From Spirochaetia bacterium (GTDB lineage: Bacteria; Spirochaetota; Spirochaetia; SZUA-6; Bin103): a stretch of DNA of 64,000 nucleotides. Positions 26,320-35,345 of the stretch are shown piece by piece (positions within the stretch are counted from its first letter, which is position 1; the number at the start of each line of letters is the position of its first letter). The notes under the pieces were generated by a model that worked only from the letters and a program-made list of their open reading frames with translations, was not told the DNA's origin and did not search any database. The stretch is taken from the NCBI GenBank assembly GCA_965203055.1, contig OZ241863.1:3584001-3648000 (forward strand). The letters are read 5' to 3'. Made by a program: the position numbers and the translations under genes.

Positions 26320-28692
26320 TCAGGCGGTCTCCCGATAGAGGGCGTCCTGCAGGTGGTGAACGGCCGCGACGAAGCGATCCCTGCCGCCGAACGCCTTGAC
26401 GAGCTGCACGGTGGTGCCGAGCTCGGGCAGCGGCGGGACCTGCAATATCAGCGTATCGTCGAGGTTGAGCACGCCGTCGTCCGCGTACTTGGTGAGCAGC
26501 GCGTCGAGCACCGCGCGCGCCTTGGCGCCGTACTTGGCGAACACGTCGCGCTTCCGCACCTGCGCGGCCCGCTCCCGTCTGGTCAGCGGCTTGGCGTCGA
26601 AGGCGACGTGGCAGATCAAGTCGAAGGGATCGAGGTCCCGGCCCAGTTCCTCCAGCAGGGCGACGGTCAGTCCCTCCGCGGCCAACTCTTCGACGATCGC
26701 CTGCTTGCGGTCGGCCGCGTGCCAGCGCTTCAGGAAGTCGTCGAGACTGGCATAGCGCTTGCGCAGCGCCTTCCGGGTAAAGTCGCGCAGTGACTCGGTC
26801 ACCAGCCGGCCGGCCTGATCCAGGTACTCGACCCGCTCGGCGATGACTTCCGCGTTCACCCCGTCCACGTAGACCTTGCGCGCGGCGCCGCCGCCCGGCT
26901 CCGGCGGAACCTCCGGAGCGCCGTCAGGCTCGGCTTCCTGTTCGTCGGGCGGGGTGATGCCGCCGCCCTCCTCCGGCTCGTAGACCTGCGCCGGCTCGCC
27001 GTCGAACTCGGGATCGGCGAAGTGATCCGCAGCGCCGCGGAAGTCGATCAGTGTGAAGTAGAGCTTGCCGGTCTCTTCGTGGATGCGGGTGCCGCGCCCA
27101 AGGATCTGCTTGAATTCGGTCATCGAACCGACGATGCGGTCGAGCACGATCAGCCGGCAGGTCCGCACGTCGACGCCGGTGGAGAGCAGGCGCGAGGTGG
27201 TGACCAATGCGGGATAGCGGGATTCGGGGTCGATGAAGTTGCCCAGCTCCGCCTGGCCCGGCGCGTCGCCGCCGGTGATGCGCATGACGTAGCGGTGGTT
27301 GCGCGCCATCAGGTCGGCGTTCTCGTTGACCAGCGCCTGCCGCATGCGCCCGGCGTGTTCCTGGTCCACGCAGAACACGATCGTCTTGGCGAAGCGGTCG
27401 CCGCTCTCCCGCAGGTACTCCGTGACCTTGCGCGCCACCAGTCTGGTGCGTTCGTCCAGGACCAGCACGCGGTCGAAGTCGGTGGTGTTGTAGATGCGGT
27501 CCTCGATCTCGGCGCCGGTGCGGTCGAGTTGCCCCTGCTCGGGGCGGTACCCCTCGACGTCGCGGTCGACGTGCACCTTGATCACCTTGTAGGGCGCCAG
27601 GAAGCCGTCCCGGATGCCCTGCTTCAGCGAGTAGGTGTACACGGGTGCGCCGAAGTAGTCGACGTTGGAGACGTAATGCGTCTCCTTCGGCGTGGCGGTG
27701 AGGCCGACCTGGGTGGCGGACGAGAAGTGTTCCAGGATCTCGCGCCATGCCGAGTCGGCCGCGGCGCTGCCGCGATGGCACTCGTCGATCACGACCAGAT
27801 CGAAGAAGTCGCGCGAAAACTCGCGAAAGACCTTGTGCCGCTCCTCCGGTCCGGTGAGCGCCTGATAGAGTCCGAGATAGACCTCGTAGGAGGTGTCGAT
27901 GCGGCGGCTGCGGTCGCCGGCAGGGGCGCGCGCGATGGTCCCGGCTCGGGACGACAGTTTGGTCATGGCCGGACCGAACGGCCGGAAGTCGTTGACCATG
28001 GTCTGATCGACCAGCACGTTGCGGTCGGCCAGGAACAGGATGCGCTTCTTGCGCCCGGCCTTCCACAGCCGCCAGATGATCTGAAAGGCGGTGTAGGTCT
28101 TGCCGGTCCCGGTCGCCATCACCAGCAGGATGCGCTGCCGCCCCTTGGCGATAGCCTCGACCGCGGCGTTGATCGCGTTGACCTGATAGTAGCGCGGCTC
28201 CTTGCCGCCGGCGTCGTCGAAATAGTCGTGCAGGACGACCGCCTCGCTTTCGGGCGTCAGCCCCTTCCAGGCGCGGTAGCGTTCCCAGAGGCGGGCAGGC
28301 GAGGGAAAGGCATCGAGGTCCAATACGGTTTCGCGCGCGGCGCCGGTCCCGGTGCGGTCGTGGAACACGAAGCCGGCGCCGTTGGACGAGAACACGAACG
28401 GGACGTTCAGGGTCTCGGCGTAGTCGAGCGCCTGCTGCATGCCGTCCCCGGCGGCGTGGGCGCCGTCCTTGGCCTCGATCACGGCGAGCGGGAGGTTGGG
28501 CTTGTAGTAGAGGACGTAGTCGGCCCGCTTCCCCTGGCCGCGGCTGACCAGCCGGCCGCGCACCGTGATGCGCCCCTTGGTAAAGCTCACCTCCCGGCGG
28601 ATCTGCGCGCTCTCGTCCCACCCGGCCCGGCGCAGGGCCGGCGTGATCAACGTCGCGCAGACGTCACGCTCGGAAAGATGCTTCTGGTCCAT
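26320..28692 (-). CDS. hsdR: Type I restriction endonuclease R subunit (EcoAI/EcoEI-like)
   Basis: ADYVL…IEAK nuclease motif, MATGTGKT, DECHRG, LTATP, EFKQILGRGTR, DPFDLICHVAF C-terminal domain. Confidence 0.95.
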   Translation of the reverse strand: MDQKHLSERDVCATLITPALRRAGWDESAQIRREVSFTKGRITVRGRLVSRGQGKRADYVLYYKPNLPLAVIEAKDGAHAAGDGMQQALDYAETLNVPFVFSSNGAGFVFHDRTGTGAARETVLDLDAFPSPARLWERYRAWKGLTPESEAVVLHDYFDDAGGKEPRYYQVNAINAAVEAIAKGRQRILLVMATGTGKTYTAFQIIWRLWKAGRKKRILFLADRNVLVDQTMVNDFRPFGPAMTKLSSRAGTIARAPAGDRSRRIDTSYEVYLGLYQALTGPEERHKVFREFSRDFFDLVVIDECHRGSAAADSAWREILEHFSSATQVGLTATPKETHYVSNVDYFGAPVYTYSLKQGIRDGFLAPYKVIKVHVDRDVEGYRPEQGQLDRTGAEIEDRIYNTTDFDRVLVLDERTRLVARKVTEYLRESGDRFAKTIVFCVDQEHAGRMRQALVNENADLMARNHRYVMRITGGDAPGQAELGNFIDPESRYPALVTTSRLLSTGVDVRTCRLIVLDRIVGSMTEFKQILGRGTRIHEETGKLYFTLIDFRGAADHFADPEFDGEPAQVYEPEEGGGITPPDEQEAEPDGAPEVPPEPGGGAARKVYVDGVNAEVIAERVEYLDQAGRLVTESLRDFTRKALRKRYASLDDFLKRWHAADRKQAIVEELAAEGLTVALLEELGRDLDPFDLICHVAFDAKPLTRRERAAQVRKRDVFAKYGAKARAVLDALLTKYADDGVLNLDDTLILQVPPLPELGTTVQLVKAFGGRDRFVAAVHHLQDALYRETA

Positions 28693-28803
28693 TCGGCTTC
28701 ATCGATGGTCAGACGCTGCGGCAGTGAGCGGTTCTGCCCGCCGGGCCGCCACCGCCGTAAGGCTCCCTGGCTCACTTGGCAGCCACGTTCAATATACACG
28801 GTC

Positions 28804-29000
28804 ATCCGGGCGCGGCGCGATCCAGACGTGAACCTGGCGCGGCCGTGGCGCCGCTCGATCCGGCTCTGATCCGGGCGCGGCGCGGCTCTGGCGTGGACGG
28901 CGGTTGCGGACCGTCTCAGACGTTCGACCTCGAGCGTGGGCGGCTACCTGGTCGGGCGCGGCCGTGGACGTGGACGCGAAGCGGGCGCCGCTCGATCCGG
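28804..29000. repeat. Degenerate direct duplication in the intergenic region
   Basis: Three exact blocks occur twice in the same order: ATCCGGGCGCGGCGCG (28804, 28869), GGCGCGGCCGTGG (28836, 28955), GGCGCCGCTCGATCCGG (28847, 28984). Confidence 0.75.
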
Positions 29001-29042
29001 GAGCGGCGCCGCTCCGGCGCGGTAGGTCGCCCGGGCGACCTA
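29000..29042. repeat. Two perfect palindromes; the second is REP-like (GTAG-led)
   Basis: GGAGCGGCGCCGCTCC (29000-29015) and TAGGTCGCCCGGGCGACCTA (29023-29042). Confidence 0.7.
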
Positions 29043-29148
29043 TAAGAGATCCTGTGCGGATACAGTACTTGAGCATGACGCGCAACTGGGTTACCCTTGC
29101 ATAGGTGTGGCATGCACGGACCACGCTCATCCTGTAGAAGACGACGGC

Positions 29149-30051
29149 ATGTCTCAGAGACCAGATCAGCTGCACTCTCCGATCATATCAAGGGTCCAGA
29201 CTGAGCGAACGCAGGCTCACCCTACGCGACAACAGCTCTTCCTTGATCTGGAGCAGCATCTCAACCGTCCAGTCGTGACCATCTTTACGAGTTTTCATTA
29301 CCCGGTGGCGATCGAAGATGAGGATGTTGACATGCTTGAAGGCATGCTCCGATCGTTGGACCTCACGAACGGAGTTGCGGTGATGATCAACTCTCCCGGA
29401 GGATCCGGTTTGGCGGCAGAACGGATGATCAACGTACTGCGTTCCTATAGCGGCATAGGCGAATACTGGGCGATAGTCCCGGCCAAGGCGAAGTCCGCCG
29501 CCACGATGGTATGTCTTGGCGCAAGCAAGATTCTCATGGGACCAGCGTCGGAGCTGGGCCCCGTCGATCCTCAACAGATATTTGGCGGCAAGTACGTGTC
29601 CGTCCATCATATCATCGACAGTTACCACAAGTTGTTCCGTGGAGCTGCACGAGCAAGCGGCAATCTAGAACCCTACCTGCAGCAACTGGGTAGATATGAC
29701 GCGGCCAATATAAGCCATCTTGAGACTGAACGAGACCTCGTCACGGATATGGCCGTAGAATTGCTGCACACGGGTATGTTGTCGAACATGAGCAAGACGG
29801 ATATCAAGAAAAATATGCAGGTATTTTTGTTACCAAAGCACACCAAGGCTCACGGTCGACCGATCTATCATAAAGAGGCAATCGGGTGCGGGCTAAACAT
29901 TGAATTACATGACCCGCATTCTTCAATTTGGAACAAGGTATATGAGTTAAATGTTCGATCAAGCGATTACGTATCGCGTTTTGTAGCGAAGGCAATCGAA
30001 ACCTCACAGGGCTCGTCATATTCACCTGCACCACCTGTTGACGGAGGCTAA
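29149..30051 (+). CDS. SDH family ClpP/crotonase-fold serine protease
   Basis: INSPGGSG, AKSAAT (Ser), LGPVDPQ (Asp), HGRPI (His). Low GC relative to flanks. Confidence 0.85.
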   Translation: MSQRPDQLHSPIISRVQTERTQAHPTRQQLFLDLEQHLNRPVVTIFTSFHYPVAIEDEDVDMLEGMLRSLDLTNGVAVMINSPGGSGLAAERMINVLRSYSGIGEYWAIVPAKAKSAATMVCLGASKILMGPASELGPVDPQQIFGGKYVSVHHIIDSYHKLFRGAARASGNLEPYLQQLGRYDAANISHLETERDLVTDMAVELLHTGMLSNMSKTDIKKNMQVFLLPKHTKAHGRPIYHKEAIGCGLNIELHDPHSSIWNKVYELNVRSSDYVSRFVAKAIETSQGSSYSPAPPVDGG

Positions 30052-30052
30052 C

Positions 30053-30259
30053 ATGTCGAAGTCCGATGCACACACAGACAGCAGGAGAACGGAAGCGCAG
30101 AAAAACTACGAACGAATCATGGAAAAGATCAAGCCGTTCATACCGAGACAAGAAAAGCCCAAGCCACGGCCACGTGAAGTGTGGCGCCGTGGGGAAGACT
30201 TCCCAGAGGAGTTCAACGAACGGTTCAGGATTGAGCATCACTTGACGACACGGTCCTAG
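30053..30259 (+). CDS. Small charged hypothetical protein (68 aa)
   Basis: GGAGG RBS at 30043-30047, ATG directly after the protease stop, same low-GC composition. Confidence 0.65.
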   Translation: MSKSDAHTDSRRTEAQKNYERIMEKIKPFIPRQEKPKPRPREVWRRGEDFPEEFNERFRIEHHLTTRS

Positions 30260-30273
30260 TCGTGGCAGCACGG

Positions 30274-30552
30274 ATGAGAACGCATCCCGGTAGCGTCCTG
30301 CGGGCGGAACTGCAGGCCAGGGAGATAAGCGCAAACCGATTCGCGCTCGCTATCCGCGTCCCCGCCAACCGGGTCACGGCAATGCTGCGCGGCGAACGCG
30401 CGGTTTCCGCGGACACTGCGCTACGCCTGGGCCGATACTTCGGAACCGGCCCCGAGCTATGGATGAATCTGCAGAGCAGGTACGACGTATCGGTCGCTTA
30501 CCACTTCATCAGTGAGCGGTACACGGCGCGCCGCGCCAACCGCTTGCCGTAG
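30274..30552 (+). CDS. higA: HigA family antitoxin (XRE HTH), C-terminus possibly truncated
   Basis: HPGSVL…SADTALRLGRYFGTGPELWMNLQSRYD. The 3' end runs into the convergent ORF. Confidence 0.85.
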   Translation: MRTHPGSVLRAELQAREISANRFALAIRVPANRVTAMLRGERAVSADTALRLGRYFGTGPELWMNLQSRYDVSVAYHFISERYTARRANRLP

Positions 30553-30743
30553 GCGCCGGGGCCGCGCCCCATGGCCCGCACGTCGTTCACCGTACGCACC
30601 GCGCGCAGGACCGCCCGTCCGGTACCAGTCCGTCCGCTCCGTCCGGCACGGGGCTGGGCGCGTTCGTGGCGCGCTCCGGCGGCAAGCCGAAGCAACGCGG
30701 CCGCCAACAGCATCAGGCTGAACATCAGCAGTACCAGGCCCAT
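30498..30743 (-). CDS. Small membrane-anchored basic hypothetical protein
   Basis: GGGAGGAG RBS, N-terminal hydrophobic helix, Arg-rich C-terminus. Confidence 0.55.
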   Translation of the reverse strand: MGLVLLMFSLMLLAAALLRLAAGARHERAQPRAGRSGRTGTGRAVLRAVRTVNDVRAMGRGPGAYGKRLARRAVYRSLMKW

Positions 30744-30837
30744 GTCACTCCTCCCGTAGCAATAGCGCCCACAGTCTGCCACAGACGGCACCGCGTGAGG
30801 AAGCAGTGCCGGTTGGGTTCACGGCGACGGGGGCGGG

Positions 30838-31575
30838 TCACGGGCTGGCCGAACCGTCGAAGCCCAGCCCGCGCTGCTTCATGCTCACGAAGCCCCGCGC
30901 GCCGATTACCACGTGATCCAGCAGCGCGATGTCGAGCAGGTCGGCGCTCTTGCGGAGGCGGCGGGTGACGGAGATATCTTCCGGGCTTGGCGTGGGGTCG
31001 CCGGAGGGGTGATTGTGGACCGCGATGATGTTGGGGCAGTTCTCCCTGATGGCGGGACGCAGCACCTCGGCGACGCGAACCGACGCCGCGGACACCGTCC
31101 CCCGATAGATTTCCTGAACCAGCAGCACCTCGCGCCTGGTGTTGAGCAGCAGCACGCGGAGCTGCTCCTGTTCGAGGTGCGCCATCTGCGCGCGGAGCAG
31201 ATGATAGACGTCCTCCGCTTCCCTGATCGCCGGCCGGTCGGCGGGCGCCGGGCTCACCGCGCGCCGGCCCAGCTCCAGCGCCGCCAGCACCTGGCATGCC
31301 TTCGCCTGGCTGACGCCGCCCAGCGCGCACAGCTCGGCGAACGAGGCCCGCGCAACGCCGTTCAAGCCGCCGAACGCGGACAGCATGCTTGCGGCAAGCT
31401 GCATGACGCTCTGCCCGGCTACCCCGGTGCGCAACAGGATGGAGATCAGCTCCGGGTTGGAGAGCTGACCGGCGCCCAGGAGGCGCAGGCGCTCCCGCGG
31501 CCGTTCATGCGCCGGCAGGTCGCGAATCGTGACCGTCTGACCGGCTCCGCCAGCGGCGTAATCTTGTCGTGCCAT
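30838..31575 (-). CDS. radC: RadC (JAB domain) protein
   Basis: ERPRERL, HhH region, HNHPSGDPTPSPED, LLDHVVIG. Confidence 0.93.
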   Translation of the reverse strand: MARQDYAAGGAGQTVTIRDLPAHERPRERLRLLGAGQLSNPELISILLRTGVAGQSVMQLAASMLSAFGGLNGVARASFAELCALGGVSQAKACQVLAALELGRRAVSPAPADRPAIREAEDVYHLLRAQMAHLEQEQLRVLLLNTRREVLLVQEIYRGTVSAASVRVAEVLRPAIRENCPNIIAVHNHPSGDPTPSPEDISVTRRLRKSADLLDIALLDHVVIGARGFVSMKQRGLGFDGSASP

Positions 31576-31747
31576 CACTGAACGGTAACGGCGCCGCGTC
31601 AGCGACGCTTCGTTTCCGGGGCTGATTCGTTGCCGCCATCTTGGTTGGTTGGTCTCGCTCACCGTCAATTGGTAACATATCCGGCGATTGGGGGCGCGCC
31701 CGTGATGCCTTGTCACTACGGCGCAGCGGCGTCCCCCGAATACCCAA

Positions 31748-33010
31748 ATGGCTGAACCTCTGAGCGACGGCGCCGGCAACGGCGGGCGGATAGTGGAAGG
31801 CCGGTCGGCGACCTGGCTCGAGCTGTTCTTCGACCTGATCTTCGTCATCAACATCGCCGGCCTCACGCATCACCTGGCAGCTCATCCCGACGCGGCCACG
31901 CTGGGGCAGGTCGCCGCGCTCTACCTGCCGCTGTTCCTGGTGTGGGCCGGACACACGACCTACGCCACCCGCTTCGACGACGGCAGCGTCCTGCAGACGA
32001 TGCTGACGCTGCTCCTGATGTTTGCGCTGGCGGGCTCCGCCGTGTTCGTGCAGTCCGGTATGGACGAACAGGCGGCCTCCTTTACCCGCGCCCAGTTCGC
32101 GGCGCGCGTGGTGCTGGCGCTGCTCTACCTGGATGCGCACTTCCGCGTACCCGCCGCACGCCGCTTCACGTGGTTCCTGATCGTCGGTTTCGCGGTGTCG
32201 GCGGTCGCCTGGGGAGCGCAGGAGTGGCTGGCGGAACAGTGGCGCCGGCCGCTCTACCTGGCCGCCATCGGAGTGGAGATTCTGGCGCCTCTGTTGGCGG
32301 TGTCCAGGCTCGGCCACTGGCCCGCGAACCCGCATCATCTCCCCGAACGGCTGGGGCTGTTCACCATCATCGTCCTGGGCGAGGCGGTGCGCGGCGTGGT
32401 GGTGGGCGCCGTGCATGCCGAAGCGGCGCGGCTGGGCTTCATGATCGGATTCGCCCTGCCGGTCGGCATCTGGTGGTTCTATTTCCGCCTGCTCGACCGC
32501 GGCGAGCTGCGCCGGCGCGTGGGCGGCGGGCAGATCCTCGCCTACCTGCATCTGCCGATGACGCTGGCGGTGGTGGTGATGGCCGCCGCCGTGGAGGTGA
32601 GCCTGACGGCGTTCGGCGCAGTCGAACTGAGTGAGGCCGAAGCGCCCGGCCTGCTGGAAGCGGCGCGGCGTAGCGTCGTTCCCGCCGAGGCGAGTGAGCC
32701 GCCGATCGGCGCCGGTGCCGGCCTGACCGGCGCGCGTCTCATGTTCGGCGGCCTGGCCGTCTGGCTGGCCTGCTTCCTGGCGATGCGCGTCTACGTGGTG
32801 AGCATCCGCCGCCTCGGCGCGGCCGAGTGGATCACCGCCGGCGCCGGGGCGGCGCTGGCGGCCGGCGCGGTCCTGATCGGTCCGGTGCGCGCCCTGGAGG
32901 TATTCATCTTCTGCGGGTCGCTGCTCCTGGCGCTGGCCGCCCTGGGATCATTGCTGAAGGAGCTGCGCCGCCGCCGCGCGGCTCGGCTCCCTGAAGGCGG
33001 TTCGGCCTAA
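31748..33010 (+). CDS. ltrA: Low temperature requirement protein A family membrane protein
   Basis: ATWLELFFDLIFV, HLPERLGLFTIIVLGE, YLHLP. Confidence 0.88.
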   Translation: MAEPLSDGAGNGGRIVEGRSATWLELFFDLIFVINIAGLTHHLAAHPDAATLGQVAALYLPLFLVWAGHTTYATRFDDGSVLQTMLTLLLMFALAGSAVFVQSGMDEQAASFTRAQFAARVVLALLYLDAHFRVPAARRFTWFLIVGFAVSAVAWGAQEWLAEQWRRPLYLAAIGVEILAPLLAVSRLGHWPANPHHLPERLGLFTIIVLGEAVRGVVVGAVHAEAARLGFMIGFALPVGIWWFYFRLLDRGELRRRVGGGQILAYLHLPMTLAVVVMAAAVEVSLTAFGAVELSEAEAPGLLEAARRSVVPAEASEPPIGAGAGLTGARLMFGGLAVWLACFLAMRVYVVSIRRLGAAEWITAGAGAALAAGAVLIGPVRALEVFIFCGSLLLALAALGSLLKELRRRRAARLPEGGSA

Positions 33011-33016
33011 ACTGAA

Positions 33017-34678
33017 CTAACCGGGTACTCCCAACGCGCAGCCGTCGGCGCGCGGGTCGCTGCCGCCCCACAGCACGCCCCCCGGCGCGCGCCAGATCAC
33101 TTGCCCGCGGCCGAATCCGGGGCGCTCCGGCCCGGCCGCCACCCGTACCTGGTGGCCGCGTCGTTCGAGGTCGGCGGCAACCTGCTCCAACCCTTCCTCC
33201 AGCGCCACCGGAGCGGCCGGCAGCGCTGCGGCGCTGGCTGCGGCCAGCTGGAACCGCGGCCGGTCCAGGGCCGCCTGCGGGTCCACGCCATCGTCCACCA
33301 GGGCCGATACTACCTGCAGGTGCCCCTGCGGCTGCATGAAGCCTCCCATCACGCCGAAGGCCGCCTGCAAGGAGCCGTCCGCGTTGGTGATGAGGCCCGG
33401 CATGATGGTGTGATAGGGGCGCTTGGCCGGCGCCAGGGCGTTGACGTGGCGCGGGTCCAACGAGAACCCCGCGCCGCGGTTCTGCAGCGAGAAGCCGCAG
33501 CCCTGCGGCACGATGCCGGTGCCGAAGCTCATGTAGTTGCTGCCGATGAAGGAACAGGCGTTGCCGGCGGCGTCGGCGGCGCACAGGTAGACGGTGTCCG
33601 CCGCCGGCACCGGTTCGTCGCCGCCGACCGGCGGCGCGCCGGCCCGGCGCAGGTCGACGTGGCGCGCCAGCGCCACGGCGTAGTCGCCGCTGAGGCACTG
33701 CTGCAGGGGCAGGGCGGCGTGTTCGGGGTCGGCTACGTGTTGCGCGGCGACGGCAAAGCCGCGCCGCATGCACTCGATCAACAGATGGTAGCGGTCCGCG
33801 TCCGGGTGCGGGCCACCGGCCGCCGGCAGCTCGAACCGGGCGAGGAGCTGCAGGGCGACCAGTACCGCCAATCCCTGACCGTTGGGCGGGCACTCCCAGA
33901 CCCGCTTGCCGCGATAGTCCACCGCCAACGGCTGCACCCACTCGCTGCGGTGCGCCGCCAAGTCTTCCATGGCCAGCACGCCGCCCGCGGCGCGCACCGC
34001 GGCCCCCACCTGTTCGGCTATGTTCCCGGTGTAGAACGGCTCCGCGCCCGCCGTGCCCCAGGCGCGCAGCGAGGCGGCCAGGGTCGGAATGCGCATCACC
34101 TCGCCGGCGCGCGGGGCGCGCCCCTGCGCGAGCAACTCGGCGCCGCCGCGCGCGGCGTGGAGCTGGCCGGCGGCGGCCTGCCACAGGCGGGCGGTAATGG
34201 GGGCCACCGGATAGCCGCCGGCGGCCAACTCGGCGGCCGGCGCCACCACCTGCGCGCGGGGCAGCGCGCCGAAGCGGGCCTGCAGGTCGGCCCACGCGGC
34301 AGGGGCGCCCGGCACGGTCACGTTATGGGCGTGGCCGGCGGGCAGCGCCGCGGCCAGCCCCTGGCGCCGCAGCAGCTCCAGGCTCAGCGCGCGCGGACTG
34401 CGCCCGGAACCGTTGAGGGCGTGCACGGTGCCGGTCGCGGCCTCGTAGTAGAGCACGAAGCAGTCCCCGCCGAGCCCGGTCTGGCACGGCATGGTGACTT
34501 GCAGGCCGGCGGCCGCGGCCACTGCCGCATCGGCGGCGGTCCCGCCGGCAGCGAGCATGCGCAGGCCGAACAGGGACGCCTGCGGCGACGACGAGGCCAC
34601 CATGCCACGCGTGGAGAGCACCGGCGAACGACGCCCGATGTAATGGTCATTGGAAGCAACTCGCACGCTGCCCTGCAT
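33017..34678 (-). CDS. ggt: Gamma-glutamyltransferase family protein
   Basis: GLGGDCF, PPNGQG, DTVY (catalytic Thr), QNRG, KRPYHTIMP, GVMGGFMQPQG, SDPRADG. Start may be GTG 34666. Confidence 0.92.
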   Translation of the reverse strand: MQGSVRVASNDHYIGRRSPVLSTRGMVASSSPQASLFGLRMLAAGGTAADAAVAAAAGLQVTMPCQTGLGGDCFVLYYEAATGTVHALNGSGRSPRALSLELLRRQGLAAALPAGHAHNVTVPGAPAAWADLQARFGALPRAQVVAPAAELAAGGYPVAPITARLWQAAAGQLHAARGGAELLAQGRAPRAGEVMRIPTLAASLRAWGTAGAEPFYTGNIAEQVGAAVRAAGGVLAMEDLAAHRSEWVQPLAVDYRGKRVWECPPNGQGLAVLVALQLLARFELPAAGGPHPDADRYHLLIECMRRGFAVAAQHVADPEHAALPLQQCLSGDYAVALARHVDLRRAGAPPVGGDEPVPAADTVYLCAADAAGNACSFIGSNYMSFGTGIVPQGCGFSLQNRGAGFSLDPRHVNALAPAKRPYHTIMPGLITNADGSLQAAFGVMGGFMQPQGHLQVVSALVDDGVDPQAALDRPRFQLAAASAAALPAAPVALEEGLEQVAADLERRGHQVRVAAGPERPGFGRGQVIWRAPGGVLWGGSDPRADGCALGVPG

Positions 34679-34745
34679 GATAGCACATACGCGGCGGCGC
34701 AACGATTGTCTACGGCTGCCCGTCGGACACAACCCGGACTCGCGG

Positions 34746-35345
34746 CTACAGGAGGACGTCTTCAATGGTCGTGAAGTACGCTGGGAAGCCAGTCGTTCCG
34801 CGGACCAGCAACGCCCTGATCTTCGTCTGTGATAAAATGCTCCAGGTACTCAAAACGGCTTTACGCAGACTATTTAGTTTCGGCAAATCAAGTCCCAGTC
34901 TCTTGATGGTCTCCTCGGCCGCCGAGTCGGTGGGATTACGAGGACGTATTTCTCCATTGCCATTGAACTTGAACCGTCTACCGCAGTTCTGTTGCAGAGG
35001 AGAAATCAACAACGCCGCGTCGAACCAGTCAGCCTTCCCATGACCGCAGTGACGCGGTTCTCCCTTTGATAGCTGCCGCAAACACGAGCAATGCAGGTTC
35101 TGGTAGTCAAGCTCACGAGAAGGGAATTGGCTTCTAGGTCGAAAGTGCTCCACATGACTATCGTCTCTTGCGACGGGCGACTCGCAGTAGCAGCAAATAT
35201 GTCCTTGCTCGTTCATCAGGGCATCATGAATCACCTGTTTGATTGGTCCCATCACCTGACTCCAGCAGCGTCGATTGGCTATGCCACCTTGCCGCTTCCA
35301 ATTCGAGAACCGCTGCGGCTCACGATTCTTGACGATATGCTTCAT
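34746..35345 (-). CDS. ptuB: HNH endonuclease, Septu PtuB / retron-associated type
   Basis: EQGHICCYCE, HVEHFRP, NLHCSC, HCGHGK. Overlaps the ATPase 3' end; low GC. Confidence 0.8.
   Translation of the reverse strand: MKHIVKNREPQRFSNWKRQGGIANRRCWSQVMGPIKQVIHDALMNEQGHICCYCESPVARDDSHVEHFRPRSQFPSRELDYQNLHCSCLRQLSKGEPRHCGHGKADWFDAALLISPLQQNCGRRFKFNGNGEIRPRNPTDSAAEETIKRLGLDLPKLNSLRKAVLSTWSILSQTKIRALLVRGTTGFPAYFTTIEDVLL

Noticed and set aside
28804..29042. Possible CRISPR array
   Set aside because: Only two unequal copies, no regular repeat-spacer period and no cas genes.
29100..30260. Integron gene cassettes as the origin of the low-GC inserts
   Set aside because: No convincing RYYYAAC…GTTRRRY attC hairpin and no intI.
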